Source: a virus
Reading direction: 5' to 3' (one strand)
IMG/VR virus record: IMGVR_UViG_3300029002_000085
Length of the DNA: 64,000 nt
Positions 49,908-59,025 of this stretch are shown here, piece after piece. A program made the translations under genes and the position numbers. The notes beneath the pieces are model-generated. The model saw only the letters and a program-made list of their open reading frames with translations, was not told where the DNA came from and made no database searches. The stretch's first letter is position 1; every line of letters starts with the position of its first letter.

Positions 49908-50511
49908 ATTCTCTTTTGTTTAGATAAGAGATTATTTCATTTGAGAGACTTAACGCTTTAGCAGCTTCTTCATCTCCTTGCTCAACTCTAAGTTTGAGTT
50001 CGTTCCGGTATTCTTCATACGACAAGCCACTTGTAAAACTCGTTTCCCCTGACAATTTAGCCTTATGAGTATTCCATGACTGATTATCAGCAACAGCACA
50101 ACGTTCTTTGTTGTATTCACGAAGCCATCCCATAATGATAGAACCATCAATACGATTGTAATTTTCACCATATTTCATTTTCATTGCATTCTTGAAACAC
50201 AGTTTAAAATCATCAGTTTTCATATAGGGATATTCTTCAATGATTAAATCTACTGTAGTAGCAACTTGGGTAGCAGACATTGTATTACTGACATTGAAAA
50301 ACTCCAAGGCATCAGCTATCAATATGACCAGCACTGCTCTAGCCTGTGGTTCACCAAACTTTCTTATGATAGTGCCAATAGAAGGTTCATCACTTTGAAA
50401 TACATCTTCAACCTTCTTTGGGCATAGAGCTTTGCAGTAGTTCTTCGGCGAGGTCCGTAAGACTGCTAACCGATTCTCTTCTTGTGGCCGCAGTATCAGT
50501 TCGTTTTCCAT
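49864..50511 (-). CDS. Hypothetical protein
   Basis: 215-aa ORF. Confidence 0.4.
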   Translation of the reverse strand: MENELILRPQEENRLAVLRTSPKNYCKALCPKKVEDVFQSDEPSIGTIIRKFGEPQARAVLVILIADALEFFNVSNTMSATQVATTVDLIIEEYPYMKTDDFKLCFKNAMKMKYGENYNRIDGSIIMGWLREYNKERCAVADNQSWNTHKAKLSGETSFTSGLSYEEYRNELKLRVEQGDEEAAKALSLSNEIISYLNKREYGKQEAEGDNLLEH

Positions 50512-51220
50512 TATAGTTACCTTCTAAAATATTTGTAAATTTTGTAGGCAAGAATATCCAGTCAAAAGTGCACCTCCAATTTTTATCGTTTTGTCCAAGC
50601 AAGAAAGGACTGTCTAAAACCAATTGGAACACATCGAATATAGCTTGCTTCCCGTATTGTGCGACACGTGCTTTAATAGCTTTCTTTCGTTTTGCATCTA
50701 TGGACTTTATAGCAGGAAGTTTACCTTTAAACGTGGAATTAAAATAATCCATTAGCCCACCCCAATCAATCTTTTCCTCGGGGAACAAAGAAAGCTCGTC
50801 TTTCTTTGATTCTCCTTTAGGAGAAGTTTCTTTCTTTTTTAAATGAGAATCATTATCATCTACATAATCATTATCATATTCATTATCATTATCGGGTTTT
50901 GTGGGTTCTTTTGGGTTTCCAAATAACCCAGTGGGTTTTGTGGGTTCTTTGGGTTCTTTTGGGTTTTCACTTTTCGGACGTCCCCCCTTAGAACCATTGC
51001 TCTTATTCCTTTCCACAATAGACATATACTTTTCAGTATCCCTGTCTATATCTATCTTTATAAAGTTGAAAGCAATATTTGCCATAGGTTTCAACCCCCG
51101 AAGATTTCCCGTTGTCGCATACTCAATTATGCTTTCGTAAATCTCCAGCCTGACATCATCCGGCAAATCCTTGATTGCTTCTCTCCACCCTTTATAAAAG
51201 ATGAATGAATTTCTTTCCAT
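50408..51220 (-). CDS. Putative replication / replisome-organiser-like protein with low-complexity repeat
   Basis: N-terminal MERNSFIFYKGWREAIKDLPDDVRLEIYESIIEYA resembles phage replisome-organiser N-termini. It contains tandem NPKEPTKPTGLFG repeats. Weak call. Confidence 0.3.
   Translation of the reverse strand: MERNSFIFYKGWREAIKDLPDDVRLEIYESIIEYATTGNLRGLKPMANIAFNFIKIDIDRDTEKYMSIVERNKSNGSKGGRPKSENPKEPKEPTKPTGLFGNPKEPTKPDNDNEYDNDYVDDNDSHLKKKETSPKGESKKDELSLFPEEKIDWGGLMDYFNSTFKGKLPAIKSIDAKRKKAIKARVAQYGKQAIFDVFQLVLDSPFLLGQNDKNWRCTFDWIFLPTKFTNILEGNYNGKRTDTAATRRESVSSLTDLAEELLQSSMPKEG
50870..50990. repeat. Short tandem repeats (about 15-18 bp) inside a coding region
   Basis: gggttttgtgggttcttttgggtt units repeated; they encode KPTGLFGNPKEPTKP repeats. 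Confidence 0.5.
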
Positions 51221-51255
51221 ATTTTAAGGGATTATACTCCGATTAGTAATAAAAC

Positions 51256-51774
51256 TCACAGACCTTTTGCTTCCTTCAGTTTTTTCGCTTCTTCCTTGTA
51301 ATGAGTAATCAGCTTTTCTAATTGAAAGTCACTAAATTGCTTAGTAACATTTTTCTTGGCTTCCAGGATCAGCACATTTCGTTCACCATACTTGGCAACT
51401 AGACGTCTGCGATAATCCTGAATATTTCCTTCCATGAAGCGGTTACAATGTGAACATTGAGCATTGCAGTTCATTTCATCAAAGCGAGTACTCATGTGTT
51501 GGCGGTTGATGTAATGACCGCAATCTGCTTTATTGAAAGGCTTTATTTTACCACATGAAATACACTGAAAATATCCATTAGGCATCGTATCACGATAACG
51601 GATGAATAAACTAAATATTCTGTCTAGTTTATCGACAAGATCAGGTTTCTTCTTGACCTTAACACCTTCTACCTCGAAAAGAGGCTTTTTCTTTTCTTTC
51701 TTCTTGTAATTTCTCCACATGATAATTAAAATACTACATTGGTTAATTGACGGCCACGACTCATTATACACCAT
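51256..51774 (-). CDS. NinG/Rap-like recombination protein (putative)
   Basis: Cys pairs CISCGK...CGHYINRQHMSTRFDEMNCNAQCSHCN. Confidence 0.4.
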   Translation of the reverse strand: MVYNESWPSINQCSILIIMWRNYKKKEKKKPLFEVEGVKVKKKPDLVDKLDRIFSLFIRYRDTMPNGYFQCISCGKIKPFNKADCGHYINRQHMSTRFDEMNCNAQCSHCNRFMEGNIQDYRRRLVAKYGERNVLILEAKKNVTKQFSDFQLEKLITHYKEEAKKLKEAKGL

Positions 51775-52883
51775 TTTCCCTTTTCAGGCTGTTCTATGCG
51801 TAACTCTTCAACACGCCCAAAACGCCGGAAATTCCCACTCAAATCAACAACCAAACCCTCTTTACCTTGGCAGGGACGAATAACACGACCGACCATTTGA
51901 TAATAGAGGGAAAGGGATTTGGTTGGACGTGCAAGAACAACCGTATCAAGCTCCGGGTAATCGAATCCGGTTGTAAGTACTCCGACATTAGCAACAACTT
52001 TTATTCTTCCATCTTTAAAACCTTTCAGAATTCGTGCCCTTTCTTCCTTTGGAGTAGAACCGCTAACGATCGCACAATTAGGAATTTCGGAAGCCAGTTT
52101 TTCAGCTTCACGAATAAACCTCGTGAATATTAAAATACCTTTGCGTGGTATGCCCGATTTGGGGTTCAACAGACGTTTTGTCCATCCAACTATATCTTTG
52201 TATATGTCCACACGTTCAAACTCTTGCAGAAGACTTTTTTCATCGTAATCTGCACCAGTAGAATTAGTCCTGACTCTACTTAAATCCAACTTTGTAATAT
52301 CATAGTATTTCAAACTTGCGAGAAATCCTTTAGCAAGTAGTTCACTCACCTGACAGTGATAAATAACATCAGTGAAAACCTTTGGCCGGGTACGAGTTAT
52401 AAATTTAAGCATAGCACCACCTCTTCCTGAACATAATCTGTAAGGAGTCGCTGTCAGCCCAATAACTTTCCTTTGCTCATCTTCAAAGAATTCCTTATAC
52501 ATTCCTTTCTCCGGATTCACTAAATGACATTCATCAATCAGAACGTGCTTGAAATGCTTGAAGAAACTCATGTGTTTCATCACACTACCAATCATAGCGA
52601 ACGTAATACGATTGATATCCTTTCTTCCGGCAGAAGCTGAATAAACTCCACAATCGAATATGCCGTATGATTGAAGTTTCGCAAAATTTTGTTCGAGTAT
52701 TTCCTTGCTAGGCTGGAACACTATCAGCGGCCCGTCTATCCGTGCAGCTATATTGGCAATGACAAGGGACTTCCCGGCACCAGTGGGAAGAACTATCACG
52801 TAGTTTTTCTTTTCCTTGGATTTAAAAACGCTGACCGCTGCATCACTAGCACTTTTTTGGTAGTCTCTTAACTGGTATGTCAT
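51726..52883 (-). CDS. SF2 DEAD/DEAH-box DNA helicase
   Basis: Motif I VLPTGAGKS, motif II LIDECH and motif VI-like YQMVGRVIRP. Confidence 0.75.
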   Translation of the reverse strand: MTYQLRDYQKSASDAAVSVFKSKEKKNYVIVLPTGAGKSLVIANIAARIDGPLIVFQPSKEILEQNFAKLQSYGIFDCGVYSASAGRKDINRITFAMIGSVMKHMSFFKHFKHVLIDECHLVNPEKGMYKEFFEDEQRKVIGLTATPYRLCSGRGGAMLKFITRTRPKVFTDVIYHCQVSELLAKGFLASLKYYDITKLDLSRVRTNSTGADYDEKSLLQEFERVDIYKDIVGWTKRLLNPKSGIPRKGILIFTRFIREAEKLASEIPNCAIVSGSTPKEERARILKGFKDGRIKVVANVGVLTTGFDYPELDTVVLARPTKSLSLYYQMVGRVIRPCQGKEGLVVDLSGNFRRFGRVEELRIEQPEKGKWCIMSRGRQLTNVVF

Positions 52884-53233
52884 AATTTGATGTGATATTT
52901 ATGAACTTTCGAATGACAGTCACCACAAAGGGTAACGAGACAATCAAGATGTTCAAGTTCATGACCAACGATTGATTTTCCGTTAACCCTGTATGTTTTG
53001 TGGTGAATCTCTAAATTGAAGTCTTTACCGCACATCTGGCATTTATGTCCGTCCCTAATACGAATTTTACGCTTGGCTTCTTCCCAATCTGGATTATTCA
53101 CAAGCCGCTTCACATAGTTGGACTTCCTGCCTTTTTTGTGCTGCAATCTACTCATCGTCTTCCGGTTCTTCTTCAGGAAGTTTATCAGACAGGTCTTCTT
53201 CGAACTTGTCCCCATAATCTTCTGTATCATCAA
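52880..53233 (-). CDS. HNH endonuclease
   Basis: CQMCGK...HHKTYRVNGKSIVGHELEHLDCLVTLCGDCHSKVH. The start may be at the internal Met (about 53155), given the overlap with the upstream gene. Confidence 0.7.
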   Translation of the reverse strand: MMIQKIMGTSSKKTCLINFLKKNRKTMSRLQHKKGRKSNYVKRLVNNPDWEEAKRKIRIRDGHKCQMCGKDFNLEIHHKTYRVNGKSIVGHELEHLDCLVTLCGDCHSKVHKYHIKL

Positions 53234-53816
53234 TAGGACGTTCTACTTCAGGATATTCAATACCAAACAAATCAAGCATCGCTTTTCTGTTTCGATCTTC
53301 CTGTGCCCAAAGAGAACGTTTGTCCCAATCAGGAATTTTTTCAGCTTTCACAAGCTTAAACTCACCGTTCACCCATGAATAATACAGGAAATATCCATCA
53401 AGAGCAAACCGGATCGTATTCTTACTTGAAAGATGATACTCCCTCGTCCCCTTTTTGACCTCGGCAGCCAGGTCTTTAATTTCAGTCTTAATAGAAGCTA
53501 ACCTGTCTTGAGCATCACTCTTAATTTTCTTCGCACGTTCAATGGCTTCCAACAATTCACGTTCGCGTTTGGGGACCTCATTCTCTTGCTTGATGCAATA
53601 CTCTTCACGAATTTCGGAAATCTCAAATTCATCCAGTAAACGTTGTGTCACCTCACTTTCAGGGAATGTAGCATTGAAATGCTCATTCACCAACTTTATC
53701 AATTCATCTACATTCGTAGAACCCTGAAATAAAACAGGGGGAAATTTTTCCCGAATAGAATCGGGAACTACAAACTCGATTGTCTCGGGTTCGTAGTTTC
53801 TCAAATTTGCAATCAT
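53148..53816 (-). CDS. Hypothetical protein with acidic C-terminus
   Basis: 222-aa ORF. Confidence 0.4.
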   Translation of the reverse strand: MIANLRNYEPETIEFVVPDSIREKFPPVLFQGSTNVDELIKLVNEHFNATFPESEVTQRLLDEFEISEIREEYCIKQENEVPKRERELLEAIERAKKIKSDAQDRLASIKTEIKDLAAEVKKGTREYHLSSKNTIRFALDGYFLYYSWVNGEFKLVKAEKIPDWDKRSLWAQEDRNRKAMLDLFGIEYPEVERPIDDTEDYGDKFEEDLSDKLPEEEPEDDE

Positions 53817-53834
53817 AAATTATAAAAGGATTAA

Positions 53835-54287
53835 TTAGTACCGGTTTTGGTACTCATGAATAAAATCTAAGTAATGCTGGTCTTCAGGCAATGGAAGTGT
53901 AATACCAAACTCGGTGGCCGCATCTATTTTCACGCTTTCCATGAAATTATGCATCTCTAAAGTATTAAGTTTACTTGTTCCTCGCACAATAGTTTCCACC
54001 TTACCATTCACATGAACCTGTTTCACAAGAAACTTCTTACAATACAAGTCATGTATATCCTGAACTCCAGCAGCAGTGCTCCAATACTCTTCACCTGTGT
54101 ATTCACGCAAACAGGCACCAATACACTGAAACCATTTCCACATGAGAGCATTTTGATTTAATGTTCTCGGCTGTGTTTTTTTCTTAATGGTTACAGTGTA
54201 TTCTCCATTACGAAGTGTGCTGCACATGAACTCGAAAGACTTATCCATTTGGATTTTGCCATCTTTCTTCGTCAATGTTGCTTCCAT
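53835..54287 (-). CDS. Hypothetical protein
   Basis: 150-aa ORF. Confidence 0.4.
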   Translation of the reverse strand: MEATLTKKDGKIQMDKSFEFMCSTLRNGEYTVTIKKKTQPRTLNQNALMWKWFQCIGACLREYTGEEYWSTAAGVQDIHDLYCKKFLVKQVHVNGKVETIVRGTSKLNTLEMHNFMESVKIDAATEFGITLPLPEDQHYLDFIHEYQNRY

Positions 54288-54293
54288 AACCTA

Positions 54294-54743
54294 TCAGAAT
54301 GGCAAATCGTCCTTAGTCGGTGGTGGCGGTGGCGGGCACTCATTCACCGCACTTCGAGTCTGATTATTGGTGTGTTCCGGAAGAGGTGGCGGTGGTGGCG
54401 CTTGTTGAGGCTTAACAGAAAGCATCTCCATATTATCAACAAAAAGTTCTGTAATATACCGTTTAATTCCTCTGCTATCATCATAACTCCGAGTTCTTAT
54501 CTTTCCTTCCAGATACAACTTGTCTCCCTTATGGACATACTTCTCAACAACATCGGCAAGACCACGCCAAACAACAATATTATGCCATTCAGTTCTTTCA
54601 GGAACCTGTGTTCCATTGGCAAGGGTATAACCTTTTTCAGTGGTGGCAAAGGAGAAAGTGGCCACTTTAGAACCAGCTTCCAAAATTCTAATATCGGGGT
54701 CTTTGCCAACATGCCCGATAAGCATCAATTTATTTAAACTCAT
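54294..54743 (-). CDS. ssb: Single-stranded DNA-binding protein
   Basis: OB-fold N-terminus MSLNKLMLIGHVGKDPDIR, a Pro-rich linker and the C-terminal acidic tip DDLPF. Confidence 0.85.
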   Translation of the reverse strand: MSLNKLMLIGHVGKDPDIRILEAGSKVATFSFATTEKGYTLANGTQVPERTEWHNIVVWRGLADVVEKYVHKGDKLYLEGKIRTRSYDDSRGIKRYITELFVDNMEMLSVKPQQAPPPPPLPEHTNNQTRSAVNECPPPPPPTKDDLPF

Positions 54744-55663
54744 GATTTATCCTCCCTTATTGTTACACGGATACTATCAGCTTTAGGAACTGTTTTGATA
54801 TACTTAGAATATAATTCCGGATAGTCAGCCTGAAACTTTTTAGTATCAAAATTGTCACTCGTAGAAGCGGGTGTATAACTAACTCGCAATCTTCCGGCAT
54901 CCCATGACTTGACACCATTCTCACGCATAGCAGTTTTCAGTTTTGCCTTATAATCTTTCTGAATCTTGGTTAGATCTGCAAGTTCTTCCTCAATTCCGAT
55001 TATAGTATTTACAAGTTGCATTGGAATAAGTAACTTGTCATCATCAGGGGCAGGAACAGGAAGAATGGATAGATATTGCTCACCCTTCTTCTCGCATTCC
55101 ATTAATTTCTTGACTTCTTTATCAGGCTTACGGCTAATTTCAACAAATTCATGTTTATTACCACGCAACCAAGTGCTAAACAATTTATCAACTTTGAGTA
55201 ATGGATTTTGAAGTTCAAACAGATAAGCATAAATTGACAACTGCCAACTCAAATACTCTTCGTCAAGATGCAGCGTAGTTTTGATGTCACCAAGACAGAT
55301 TCTACCGGCTTTCTCCCAAACACAATCTATATTCGATGCAAAGTATTCGTTATCAGAAACGGTATATTCATTGGCAAGCGCCTTATATCCGGCATTTACC
55401 CTCATTCTGATATAATTCTCTGCTTCAATACTTTCAGGAGGTAAGCCTGTTACATCAGCAAACTGGCATTGAGCATGAATAAGGCTACCCTTCTCTGCAG
55501 CTCTCTTCAATACAAAATCGGGGACATCTTTATATTTGTCAGGGAACAACTGCCGGCTAATCATACCGGTTATACCTTGCAACTGTTTTTCACCGAGCAT
55601 ATAAGTGTGGTTTTCCTCATTGAAAACCACACTGGATTTCACTAATTCTATCATTATTATCAA
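54740..55663 (-). CDS. PD-(D/E)XK family exonuclease (YqaJ/lambda-Exo-like, putative)
   Basis: D...GDIKT (D/ExK) and QLSIYAY (QxxxY) motifs; lies between ssb and the Rad52-like gene. Confidence 0.55.
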   Translation of the reverse strand: MIIMIELVKSSVVFNEENHTYMLGEKQLQGITGMISRQLFPDKYKDVPDFVLKRAAEKGSLIHAQCQFADVTGLPPESIEAENYIRMRVNAGYKALANEYTVSDNEYFASNIDCVWEKAGRICLGDIKTTLHLDEEYLSWQLSIYAYLFELQNPLLKVDKLFSTWLRGNKHEFVEISRKPDKEVKKLMECEKKGEQYLSILPVPAPDDDKLLIPMQLVNTIIGIEEELADLTKIQKDYKAKLKTAMRENGVKSWDAGRLRVSYTPASTSDNFDTKKFQADYPELYSKYIKTVPKADSIRVTIREDKS

Positions 55664-56442
55664 TTTCTAGGAGGATACGTTTTCTGCATGTCAATAGTTA
55701 TGTTTCTGAACTCCTTATTATTGTGAAGTTCGGGATGTTCAGCCCAAACTCTCTCAAGCTCTTCGCGGCTTTTAACACCAGTCATTTGTTTAATTGCACG
55801 ATCCAGGTCTACACCAGTATATACTTTGCCCGAAGCGTTTGAAGCAGAAACATTGGGAGCATATACTTTTTCCTTTGTATTACCATAAGCAAAACGAACG
55901 CGGTTTTTATTGTCCACAATAACAAGTAAAATAATCTCCTTTTGCTCGTTATAACCAATCTCTTTTACACTGAATTTGGTGTATAGAGCAGGAGAACCTG
56001 TTTTGCTCTGATATATTTCATTTTTCTCAAGTGGAATCCAAATGAAAGGACCCGTATAAAGTTCACGCCCAATTCCCCAGTTAAATCCTGCACGTTTAAA
56101 GGCGTCCGAAGCCTGCCCTTTCTCTTTTTCTGTGCTAGATTCTGTCCCAACATCCTGTTTACTCACCCATTCCTTCTTTTCATTATCCCAAATGGACAAC
56201 GTACAGAATAGATTCCCATTAACGACATCATGGTGCCGTTTCCAGTTCATTTCTCCGAACACTTCATCAAGTATTCTCATGTCTACTCGAGCATCCTTGT
56301 ATAATAGCAAGGAGCAGCCCGAACCGTCCGGTTTCATAGTACCAACCCTACATTCAATTTCAGAAGCTAGAAGCGGTCTGATAGAATTTTTCTTCTTCTC
56401 TTCATTCTGAACCGTTGATACAGTGTTTTTTCTCGCTGTCAT
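55660..56442 (-). CDS. Rad52/Rad22-like single-strand annealing protein (Sak family)
   Basis: SDAFKRAGFNWGIGRELY signature and VDMRILDEVFGEMNWKRHH. Confidence 0.75.
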   Translation of the reverse strand: MTARKNTVSTVQNEEKKKNSIRPLLASEIECRVGTMKPDGSGCSLLLYKDARVDMRILDEVFGEMNWKRHHDVVNGNLFCTLSIWDNEKKEWVSKQDVGTESSTEKEKGQASDAFKRAGFNWGIGRELYTGPFIWIPLEKNEIYQSKTGSPALYTKFSVKEIGYNEQKEIILLVIVDNKNRVRFAYGNTKEKVYAPNVSASNASGKVYTGVDLDRAIKQMTGVKSREELERVWAEHPELHNNKEFRNITIDMQKTYPPRN

Positions 56443-56546
56443 AATTCTAATTTAATGGTTTGACTTTTAGCTCATTACATCAGTAAAGGTAATCGTTATT
56501 GACAAGTTTAGCAAACAGAAACTTCGCCATTTTAACGCCATTTTCA
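56441..56546 (-). promoter_or_regulatory. Conserved early promoter/operator element, copy A (full length), upstream of the Sak gene
   Basis: Read on the minus strand: AAAATGGCGTTAAAATGGCGAAG direct repeats, then TTTG-N20-TAccTTTa (Bacteroides -33/-7 like), then the ATG. Confidence 0.55.
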
Positions 56547-56679
56547 GGTAGTAAAAACTGCCTGTACGATATTGTACAGGCAGAAAAATAAGAAAATGAA
56601 TAATCCAATGTACCTTATGGAACGGCTACGCTTTGAAGGGTGTACGGCTCCCTGATTTATACATAATGTAAATGCTAGT

Positions 56680-56761
56680 GGACGGAACCGGAGTCGAACC
56701 GGTCTCACGGAATATTGGTGCACCTCACCGCAGTTTCAACCAACGATATACATATCCGCCC
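56680..56761 (-). tRNA. tRNA-like gene 1 (non-canonical D and anticodon arms)
   Basis: Minus-strand T-arm accgg-TTCGACT-ccggt and a 7-bp acceptor (gggcgga/tccgtcc with one G-U). The internal region does not fold into a 5-bp/7-nt anticodon arm by eye. Confidence 0.35.
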
Positions 56762-56862
56762 GATTAATTAAAAAGGTGCACTATCTTCACAGACCATACA
56801 CCCCAATCACAAACACAAAACAAAACTCATGAACTACTATAATTTAATTAGGATCAGAAGGG

Positions 56863-56929
56863 TGAATGGCGTGGGGATCGAACCCACATCACGCATATCT
56901 GCGTATGCTGCCAATTACACCAGCCATCC
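56863..56929 (-). tRNA. tRNA-like gene 2 (short, about 67 nt)
   Basis: Acceptor ggatggc/gccattc and T-arm gtggg-TTCGATC-cccac. The middle hairpin is acgca-gata-tgcgt, a 5-bp stem with a 4-nt loop. Confidence 0.4.
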
Positions 56930-57156
56930 GTTTTAAGTGAACTATTCTCACGAACCATTCACCTAGAACACAAACACAAAATAAAACACGACATTAACTA
57001 TTAAATAGCACTCTCACGAGCTTCTTGCTTCCAGATAGCCGTTCAAAGCACACCGGAATAGTATAGAACAATTAAAACTCAAATAACAGGGGCTTTAACC
57101 CTACAGCGTCCTTTTCGCTGGCAACATTAGTTAAACATAAAAAGAAAAATTCTCTG

Positions 57157-57254
57157 TGAAGGAACCCGGACTCGAACCGAGATGATAGATTACCTATGTA
57201 TGACTTTCTTCAATCTATCTGCATACTTGCGTTTACCAATTCCGCCATTCCTTC
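57157..57254 (-). tRNA. tRNA-like gene 3 (about 98 nt, long insertion between D and T arms)
   Basis: Acceptor gaaggaa/ttccttc, D-arm gcgg-aattggtaa-acgc and T-arm ctcgg-TTCGAGT-ccggg. A 64-nt middle region contains no canonical anticodon arm. Confidence 0.3.
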
Positions 57255-57346
57255 AGGTCGTAGCCAGACGCTTCCGGCTACATTGATTGTATATATAATG
57301 CAAATATATTTTCACCCTCACGGGTTACTTAACTCTGATTGAGTTG

Positions 57347-57417
57347 AGCCGGGAAACGGATTCGAACCGCTGACCTCATGTAGAAACATGCGCTCTAACC
57401 AACTGGGCTATCCCGGC
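57347..57417 (-). tRNA. tRNA-like gene 4 (71 nt; canonical acceptor, D and T arms; 14-nt hairpin in place of the anticodon arm)
   Basis: Minus strand reads GCCGGGA TA GCCC AGTTGGTTA GAGC G CATGT-TTCT-ACATG AGGTC AGCGG TTCGAAT CCGTT TCCCGGC T. The acceptor pairs perfectly (7/7), and the T-loop is a classic GGTTCGAATCC. Confidence 0.55.
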
Positions 57418-57479
57418 AGATGCCCGGCGAACCGGGCTAAATAAACATGACAAATACTAAAATTAAGCAATGCAGACCT

Positions 57480-57671
57480 TCACAGGCTATCTTTATTTTG
57501 TTTCCTATCTTCGTAGTATCGAAAACAGATATAATTCACTGATACGACAGTCACCAATACAAAAGCAGCAATAAATTCTTTCTTGCTAACTTCAATGCTA
57601 TCTATAAGATACAGTGTTGTCCATAAGGCAATGAACATCATGGCATACTGTATCACTTTAATCTTTTTCAT
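57480..57671 (-). CDS. Small membrane protein (2 TM)
   Basis: 63 aa; MFIALWTTLYLIDSI...AAFVLVTVVSVNYICF. Confidence 0.4.
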   Translation of the reverse strand: MKKIKVIQYAMMFIALWTTLYLIDSIEVSKKEFIAAFVLVTVVSVNYICFRYYEDRKQNKDSL

Positions 57672-57931
57672 TTCTTCCGTTTTTTAGATTTAACTTTCCT
57701 TCCCGCACATCGGCAATGAAGTAATACTTGAGCAGCATTACAATGCCACTTGCCGTTTTGGACATTAGTGGGCTTATCACTTTCAATCTTACCCGCTTCT
57801 ATAAGATTCATCAATTTCTTTTCCCCACCTACGTAATATGCAGACTTATCTTTTCCGAATGTCTCTGTAGAAAACAGACGGAGAATATTATCTAGCAATA
57901 TTTCAGCCATTTCACCCCTAATAGTTTCCAT
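57668..57931 (-). CDS. Hypothetical small protein
   Basis: 87 aa with a basic C-terminus. Confidence 0.35.
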   Translation of the reverse strand: METIRGEMAEILLDNILRLFSTETFGKDKSAYYVGGEKKLMNLIEAGKIESDKPTNVQNGKWHCNAAQVLLHCRCAGRKVKSKKRKK

Positions 57932-57944
57932 AGCCTTATATTAC

Positions 57945-58139
57945 TTACTCAACCCGTGTAACTGTAACAATACCACCGTTTCTATCAGACTTAATCCCCC
58001 ATTTTTTATCAGGCTCCTTCTCCTTTAGCCTGTAAGAAGTCAGATTCAAAAGATACGCCCTTTTGGAAATGGGAAAGTCTTTTTTGTCATCAATCTCCAT
58101 TTCACGGAGAATGCACATAATACTCTTTTCTTTTTCCAT
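57945..58139 (-). CDS. Hypothetical small protein
   Basis: 64 aa. Confidence 0.3.
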   Translation of the reverse strand: MEKEKSIMCILREMEIDDKKDFPISKRAYLLNLTSYRLKEKEPDKKWGIKSDRNGGIVTVTRVE

Positions 58140-58225
58140 ACTGATTGATTTTAAAATAAAAGCTCCCCCGAACCAATTCGATCGGCAGCATCACGCTTTA
58201 TTCGGAGGATTTACTTAACTTTGGG

Positions 58226-58603
58226 GTGTATAATCAAAAATTAAGTAATATGAGAGCAGAATTTTACAAAAAACACGCAGAAGATATACTTTCTAACCTT
58301 GAAAGCATACGAGCAACATTTAAAGAATTGGTTGATTCTAACAAGATAGCGCCCAAAAGCTATAAAGATAGTACTCCAGGAACAAATGATGTATATTCAT
58401 GCAAATTCAAAGAAGTACAAGATGATTTCATCAATCTTGTACATGCTTTTGACCAAGAAATGCCATTTTACAAAAAAATGATGTCAGAACCTCGACCTCG
58501 ATTTGATTCAGGTTTTTTAGATCATTATTACAATGATGATTGCAACAAACTCAAATCACTCATAGAAAAATTCATTCATTATCTCTCTTTTTATCTCGAT
58601 TAA
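58226..58603 (+). CDS. Hypothetical protein
   Basis: 125-aa ORF on the plus strand. Confidence 0.4.
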   Translation: MYNQKLSNMRAEFYKKHAEDILSNLESIRATFKELVDSNKIAPKSYKDSTPGTNDVYSCKFKEVQDDFINLVHAFDQEMPFYKKMMSEPRPRFDSGFLDHYYNDDCNKLKSLIEKFIHYLSFYLD

Positions 58604-58797
58604 ACCCGACTTTACAATCTGCATAATCCCGAAAAGCTTTCTGTATCATAGCAGGAAGCTTTTCGGCTACTACTTTAGCTGATTTTATCGGCATATTCTC
58701 TACACTTAATGAGAATGTGGCATCTTCCAAATTCTCATTCCTATCGTTTTTAATTGTTACTTGAACCATAAATATGTTGATTAATTAATGGGGCTAC

Positions 58798-59025
58798 TCA
58801 ATGAGTAAGATAGTCCAATAACCGTTCCCAATCAGACTCATCGCCTGACCCACATTCATCTTTGAAATGAGTGACACACCACAATCGGATGCGCCACTCT
58901 TTCAAAGGTGCGTTAATTACAAAAGAGACTGCTTTTTGGTAATCTCCATCGGGTTGCATTTTCTTAACAACTCGCATCTTAATCATTCGGATTAAGTATT
59001 TCCAAATAAACTTGGGTAATTTCAT
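58798..59025 (-). CDS. Hypothetical small protein
   Basis: 75 aa; ATGA overlap with the upstream lipoprotein gene. Confidence 0.35.
   Translation of the reverse strand: MKLPKFIWKYLIRMIKMRVVKKMQPDGDYQKAVSFVINAPLKEWRIRLWCVTHFKDECGSGDESDWERLLDYLTH

Noticed and set aside
57157-57254. tRNA-like 3 as a bona fide long-variable-arm tRNA (Ser/Leu/Tyr) or an intron-containing tRNA
   Set aside because: The 64-nt region between the D and T arms contains no 5-bp/7-nt anticodon hairpin in any register, and it is too short for a group I intron. It is kept only as a tRNA-like element.
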